The notes below the pieces were generated by a model. It saw only the letters and a list, made by a program, of their open reading frames with translations. It was not told the origin of the DNA and did not search any database. The position numbers and the translations under genes were made by a program. Source: Batkoa obscura (lineage: Eukaryota). Taken from it: 64,000 nt of DNA. The stretch lies in NCBI GenBank assembly GCA_030770535.1, contig JASVEC010000013.1, positions 558,001 through 622,000 of the forward strand, in the 5' to 3' direction. Below are positions 63,495 through 64,000 of the stretch, one piece after another. Every line of letters starts with the position of its first letter. Within the stretch, counting starts at the first letter, position 1.

Positions 63495-64000
63495 TTATGA
63501 AATAAATCGCAAATGTATTTATTATTTAGTCTTTTTAGTATATATTGACATCTTTTTTAAACAATTTTTTATTTTAAACCCAAATTGAAGCAATATTTAG
63601 ATTAGTAATATAAAATAACATAAGTGGATGTGGGTAAGTTTAAACACTGGATTGACTTGAATATTTTCGAGTTTGACTTGCAAGATAAACCCAATTTTCG
63701 GTTATTTTTTGGGCAAATTCTAAACCGTAAGGGTGTACAATTGTAGCAGCGGAAAATTTACATTAAAAATTAAGTTTTTAAAAAAAGTATTACTGTTGCG
63801 ACCAACTTAACCATTTGTTGTAAAAAAAATACCAAGCAATTGAAAAGGCCTAAATTTTCATGCTTTTAAATATCAAAAAATTTCGGATCAAGCAATTTGA
63901 TGAGTAAGTAAAAAATCGCCCTTGCCCAAAAAATCACAACAAATTTAACCGTAAAACTCAAACTCAGTCACCAAGCCACCAAAGTTTTATTTCTTTATTT

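Overview
Very AT-rich eukaryotic (fungal) DNA with short GT-AG introns of about 45-90 nt. The gene content (tyrosinases, expanded AA11 LPMOs, trypsins) suggests an early-diverging arthropod-associated fungus such as a Conidiobolus-like Entomophthoromycotina, but this is inference only. Housekeeping genes: AIF/AMID-like oxidoreductase (partial), IQGAP, Tul1-type RING-H2 ligase, Naa38/LSm, HPC2/ubinuclein-like, two intact tRNAs and two DHA2 MFS transporters. These are interleaved with a duplicated secretome: one tyrosinase plus two relics, four AA11 chitin LPMOs, two Gly/Ser/Tyr-rich proteins ending in a CBM19-like module, a 10-repeat Cys-rich protein and two head-to-head trypsins. A ~98-bp GGGG...CCCC MITE with 4-bp A-N-N-T target duplications occurs as 15 full-length copies plus fragments, and there is a nested Tc1/mariner-like relic. 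The best novelty candidates are (i) the secreted SYGG/SDSYG-repeat proteins with a putative chitin-binding tail (resilin-like or adhesive hypothesis), (ii) the unrecognised 6-Cys repeat protein, (iii) an intact isocitrate-lyase paralogue lacking KKCGH, (iv) the MITE family, whose inverted neighbours share private variants, and (v) a tRNA-Arg relic in two pieces. All alignments and exon models were done by eye; no database searches were run.
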